24,000 nt of DNA from Candidatus Saccharimonadales bacterium (lineage in GTDB: Bacteria > Patescibacteriota > Saccharimonadia > Saccharimonadales > CAIOMD01): NCBI GenBank assembly GCA_046350635.1, contig JAXLZY010000001.1, positions 154,727-178,726 on the forward strand, written 5' to 3'. The notes below the pieces were generated by a model. It had not been told where the DNA came from, did not search any database, and saw only the letters and a list, made by a program, of their open reading frames with translations. Shown here in pieces: positions 21,836-24,000 of the stretch (the first letter of the stretch is position 1; each line of letters opens with the position of its first letter). A program made the translations under genes and the position numbers.

Positions 21836-22192
21836 GTGCTATCAAAAAAACATCGATTCCATGGCCACAGTAGTCTGAACTACACCTACAGAAGGGGTGA
21901 AACAGTTCGGAGTCCTTATTGTGCCGTTCGCTACACACGTGGCAAACTCGATGAATACCGTGTCGCAGTAGTCGTTAGTAAAAAGGTTGCTAAAGCTGCA
22001 CCTAAACGCAACCGTATACGACGCCGAGTCTATGAAGTTATGCGGTTACTTGCTCCTACGTACCTAACAAACGAAGACGTTGTTATAACCATTTTTGACG
22101 ATAGATTTGTTGATTTACCATACGAAGAGCTTCACGCTTCGCTTGAACGACAATTAAGTCATATCGCCCAAGAACGAAAACAAACCGACTAA
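21836..22192 (+). CDS. rnpA: Ribonuclease P protein component
   Basis: 118 aa, basic, with a GTG start and AAGGG 6 nt upstream. It has the RNase P protein RNR-type motif (KKVAKAAPKRNRIRRRVYEVMR). Its position between rpmH and yidC is canonical. Confidence 0.9.
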   Translation: MLSKKHRFHGHSSLNYTYRRGETVRSPYCAVRYTRGKLDEYRVAVVVSKKVAKAAPKRNRIRRRVYEVMRLLAPTYLTNEDVVITIFDDRFVDLPYEELHASLERQLSHIAQERKQTD

Positions 22193-22238
22193 TCTGTTCG
22201 ACAGATTGCCCTTAACTGAGGTAAACTAGTATATAAGT

Positions 22239-23177
22239 ATGTTTCATTTTATAGGACAAGTGTTTAATGCGCTCATTGCGCGACCAATCTTTAATCTGTT
22301 AATTTTAATTATTGCGCTACTTCCAGGGCACAATCTTGGAGTTGCCATTATTATCTTTACCCTTATTGTTCGCACGGCAATGTACCCGCTGCTTAAAAAA
22401 CAGCTTCACCATGCAAGCGCAATGCGTAAGCTACAGCCAGAGCTGAAGCGCATTAAAAAAGAGGCTGCCGGTGATCGCCAAAAAGAAGCGGCTCTTATGC
22501 AAGAGCTGTATAAAGAAAAAGAAATCAACCCATTTGGTTCACTTTGGATTATCTTGGTTCAACTTCCAATTTTAATCGGTCTATATCAGGCGATTTCTAA
22601 GCTCATTAAGACACCAGACATCATCTTTACCTATTCATACTCATGGGTTCAAAACCTACCATATATGAAGTCACTGGTTGGCAACGCTCACGCCTTAAAC
22701 GAAACCCTGCTTGGGTTTGTAGATTTAACCCGTCACGCCGTTGAAAAAACCGGTATCTACTGGCCAGCCATGATATTAGTCGTAGCCAGCGTTATCGTAC
22801 AGTACTTCCAAAGTCGTCAATTATTAATGCAAGATAAAAGTTCCCGTAGTTTACGCCAAATATTTAAAGACACGGCATCTGGTAAAGAAGTCGACCAAGC
22901 TGAAGTCCAGGCGGCCACAAGCAAGTTTACACTTATCTTTATTCCATTTATGTTGTTTATCGTATCTGTCAGCCTGCCGGCCGCACTATCACTTTACTGG
23001 ATGGTTGGTGGATTAATTGCACTAGCACAGCAAACCTATATCCTTAAAAAGGATGTCGAAGAAATGGAAGCGAGCGTAGATTCGCAACCAGTCGAAGCCG
23101 AGATAATTACGAATACTCAACCAAAACCAAAAAAGAAAGCCTCTAAAAAACGTAAAAACGTTAAAAAACGGAGGTAG
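22239..23177 (+). CDS. yidC: Membrane protein insertase YidC (short, monoderm-type)
   Basis: 312 aa without a large periplasmic P1 domain. Motifs are GVAIIIFTLIVRTAMYPL, MRKLQPELKRIKKE, LYKEKEINPFGS and LPAALSLYWMVGGLIALAQQ, followed by a lysine-rich C-terminal tail. Confidence 0.92.
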   Translation: MFHFIGQVFNALIARPIFNLLILIIALLPGHNLGVAIIIFTLIVRTAMYPLLKKQLHHASAMRKLQPELKRIKKEAAGDRQKEAALMQELYKEKEINPFGSLWIILVQLPILIGLYQAISKLIKTPDIIFTYSYSWVQNLPYMKSLVGNAHALNETLLGFVDLTRHAVEKTGIYWPAMILVVASVIVQYFQSRQLLMQDKSSRSLRQIFKDTASGKEVDQAEVQAATSKFTLIFIPFMLFIVSVSLPAALSLYWMVGGLIALAQQTYILKKDVEEMEASVDSQPVEAEIITNTQPKPKKKASKKRKNVKKRR

Positions 23178-23180
23178 CAT

Positions 23181-23669
23181 ATGGACGAGCAAATGGAATC
23201 ATCAATTCAGTTTGCAAAAAAATATCTAGAGGATTTACTATCGTTTTTCGGTCTTAATACCGATGTCCACGCGACAAGCGAAGAAGATGTAATTGAACTT
23301 TCGGTACCATCAACTCACATGAACGGCTTTTTGATTGGACAGCACGGCGACACGATTCGCTCATTACAATACATGGTAAGTACAGCGCTTAAAAATAACG
23401 GCTACGAATACAGTCGCGTTAATGTAGACATTGCAGACTATAAAAAGGCTCGCCAAGATCGCCTGGCAGACCAAGTACTTGTATGGGTAGAAAAGGTAAA
23501 ATCGAGTGGTAAACCAATGCCACTTAAGCCAATGAACCCGGCAGACAGGCGAGTAGTACATAAAGTTGCGAGCGAGCACGGGCTCGGTACAGAATCAGAG
23601 GGTGTTGGCCGTGATAGGCACGTTGTCTTAACTCCATCAGAAGATACCGAACTGAGCGACGAAGAGTAG
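23181..23669 (+). CDS. khpB: Jag/KhpB-type RNA-binding protein (KH + R3H domains)
   Basis: 162 aa. The C-terminal R3H-type motif is MNPADRRVVHKVASEHGLGTESEGVGRDRHVVL. GGAGG lies 7 nt upstream of the ATG. The position after yidC is canonical. Confidence 0.88.
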   Translation: MDEQMESSIQFAKKYLEDLLSFFGLNTDVHATSEEDVIELSVPSTHMNGFLIGQHGDTIRSLQYMVSTALKNNGYEYSRVNVDIADYKKARQDRLADQVLVWVEKVKSSGKPMPLKPMNPADRRVVHKVASEHGLGTESEGVGRDRHVVLTPSEDTELSDEE

Positions 23670-23685
23670 TAACGAATACGAATAT

Positions 23686-23715
23686 AAAACACCACCTTTA
23701 CCGGTGGTGTTTTTT
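23686..23715. terminator. Bidirectional rho-independent terminator between the convergent jag gene and the right-edge gene
   Basis: A perfect 11-bp stem pairs AAAACACCACC (23686-23696) with GGTGGTGTTTT (23703-23713) around a 6-nt loop TTTACC. A T-run follows on the plus strand (to 23715), and a TTTTATATT run follows on the minus strand. The stem contains the last codons and stop of the minus-strand gene. Confidence 0.75.
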
Positions 23716-24000
23716 GTTCTTCTTTTTACCTGATTTTTTGCTTTTCTTCTTGCCAGTTGGCGATTCTTCTTTAACTTCTTTCTTGGGTTTGCTCTTGGGC
23801 TTTTCGGACTTAACTTCTTCTAGTAACGCTTCGGCTTTTTGGTTCGTCTGCTTATTTGCGCGTTTGCTAAATACATACACCAACACTAACCCGATTGCAG
23901 ATGCAAAAAAGATAACAGATAGCCATAATCGCGCGCTACTACCCGATGACGTTGTTGTACCACTATTTGCTGGTGCACCATCAACCGTTAGCTTGCCGTT
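23698..24000 (-). CDS. C-terminal part of a surface/membrane protein with C-terminal TM anchor and lysine-rich tail (5' end beyond the window)
   Basis: The track shows only 23698-23886, from a GTG. The same frame stays open to position 24000: ...NGKLTVDGAPANSGTTTSSGSSARLWLSVIFFASAIGLVLVYVFSKRANKQT...KKKSKKSGKKKNKKHHR. The true start is therefore probably upstream of the window. I see no LPXTG motif in the visible part. Confidence 0.5.
   Translation of the reverse strand, partial: NGKLTVDGAPANSGTTTSSGSSARLWLSVIFFASAIGLVLVYVFSKRANKQTNQKAEALLEEVKSEKPKSKPKKEVKEESPTGKKKSKKSGKKKNKKHHR

Noticed and set aside
1-24000. Search for CRISPR arrays, tRNA or rRNA genes, IS elements and long direct or inverted repeats.
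   Set aside because: The intergenic spaces are short; the largest are the two dnaA-flanking spacers of ~270 and ~310 bp. I saw no cloverleaf-like sequence, repeat-spacer periodicity or transposase-like ORF.

Overview
This window reads as the replication-origin neighbourhood of a small-genome monoderm bacterium. The pilin family, short YidC, GGAGG Shine-Dalgarno sites and roughly mid-40s %GC are most reminiscent of Saccharibacteria/CPR, but the taxon is my inference. The right third (17.5-24 kb) is core housekeeping: recF-dnaN-dnaA on the minus strand, rpmH-rnpA-yidC-jag on the plus strand, and DnaA-box-like 9-mers on both sides of dnaA, suggesting a bipartite oriC. rpmH is missing from the ORF track; I translated it by hand. 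The left 17.5 kb is one dense locus that I read as a Gram-positive-type type IV secretion (T4SS)-like machine. It starts with six tandem VirB2/TrbC-like pilin paralogs on the minus strand; the sixth is truncated at the left edge and absent from the ORF track. These are divergently transcribed from a 947-aa VirB6/TrbL-like polytopic protein, a PrgI/VirB3-like protein with a long disordered tail, and a 289-aa protein resembling a detached VirB4 N-terminal module. Next come a 634-aa VirB4 ATPase, a lipoprotein with its own promoter, and two giant cell-wall hydrolases (1021 aa with a C-terminal CHAP-like domain; about 871 aa with four hydrolase modules). Each hydrolase gene is followed by a small, AT-rich, translationally coupled gene for an N-terminally anchored protein. 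I see no coupling ATPase (VirD4/TcpA), relaxase, integrase, tRNA, flanking repeats or outer-membrane core genes, and the last gene overlaps the recF stop. The locus therefore looks like a fixed chromosomal organelle rather than an ICE. All family assignments come from motif recognition by eye; no searches were run.
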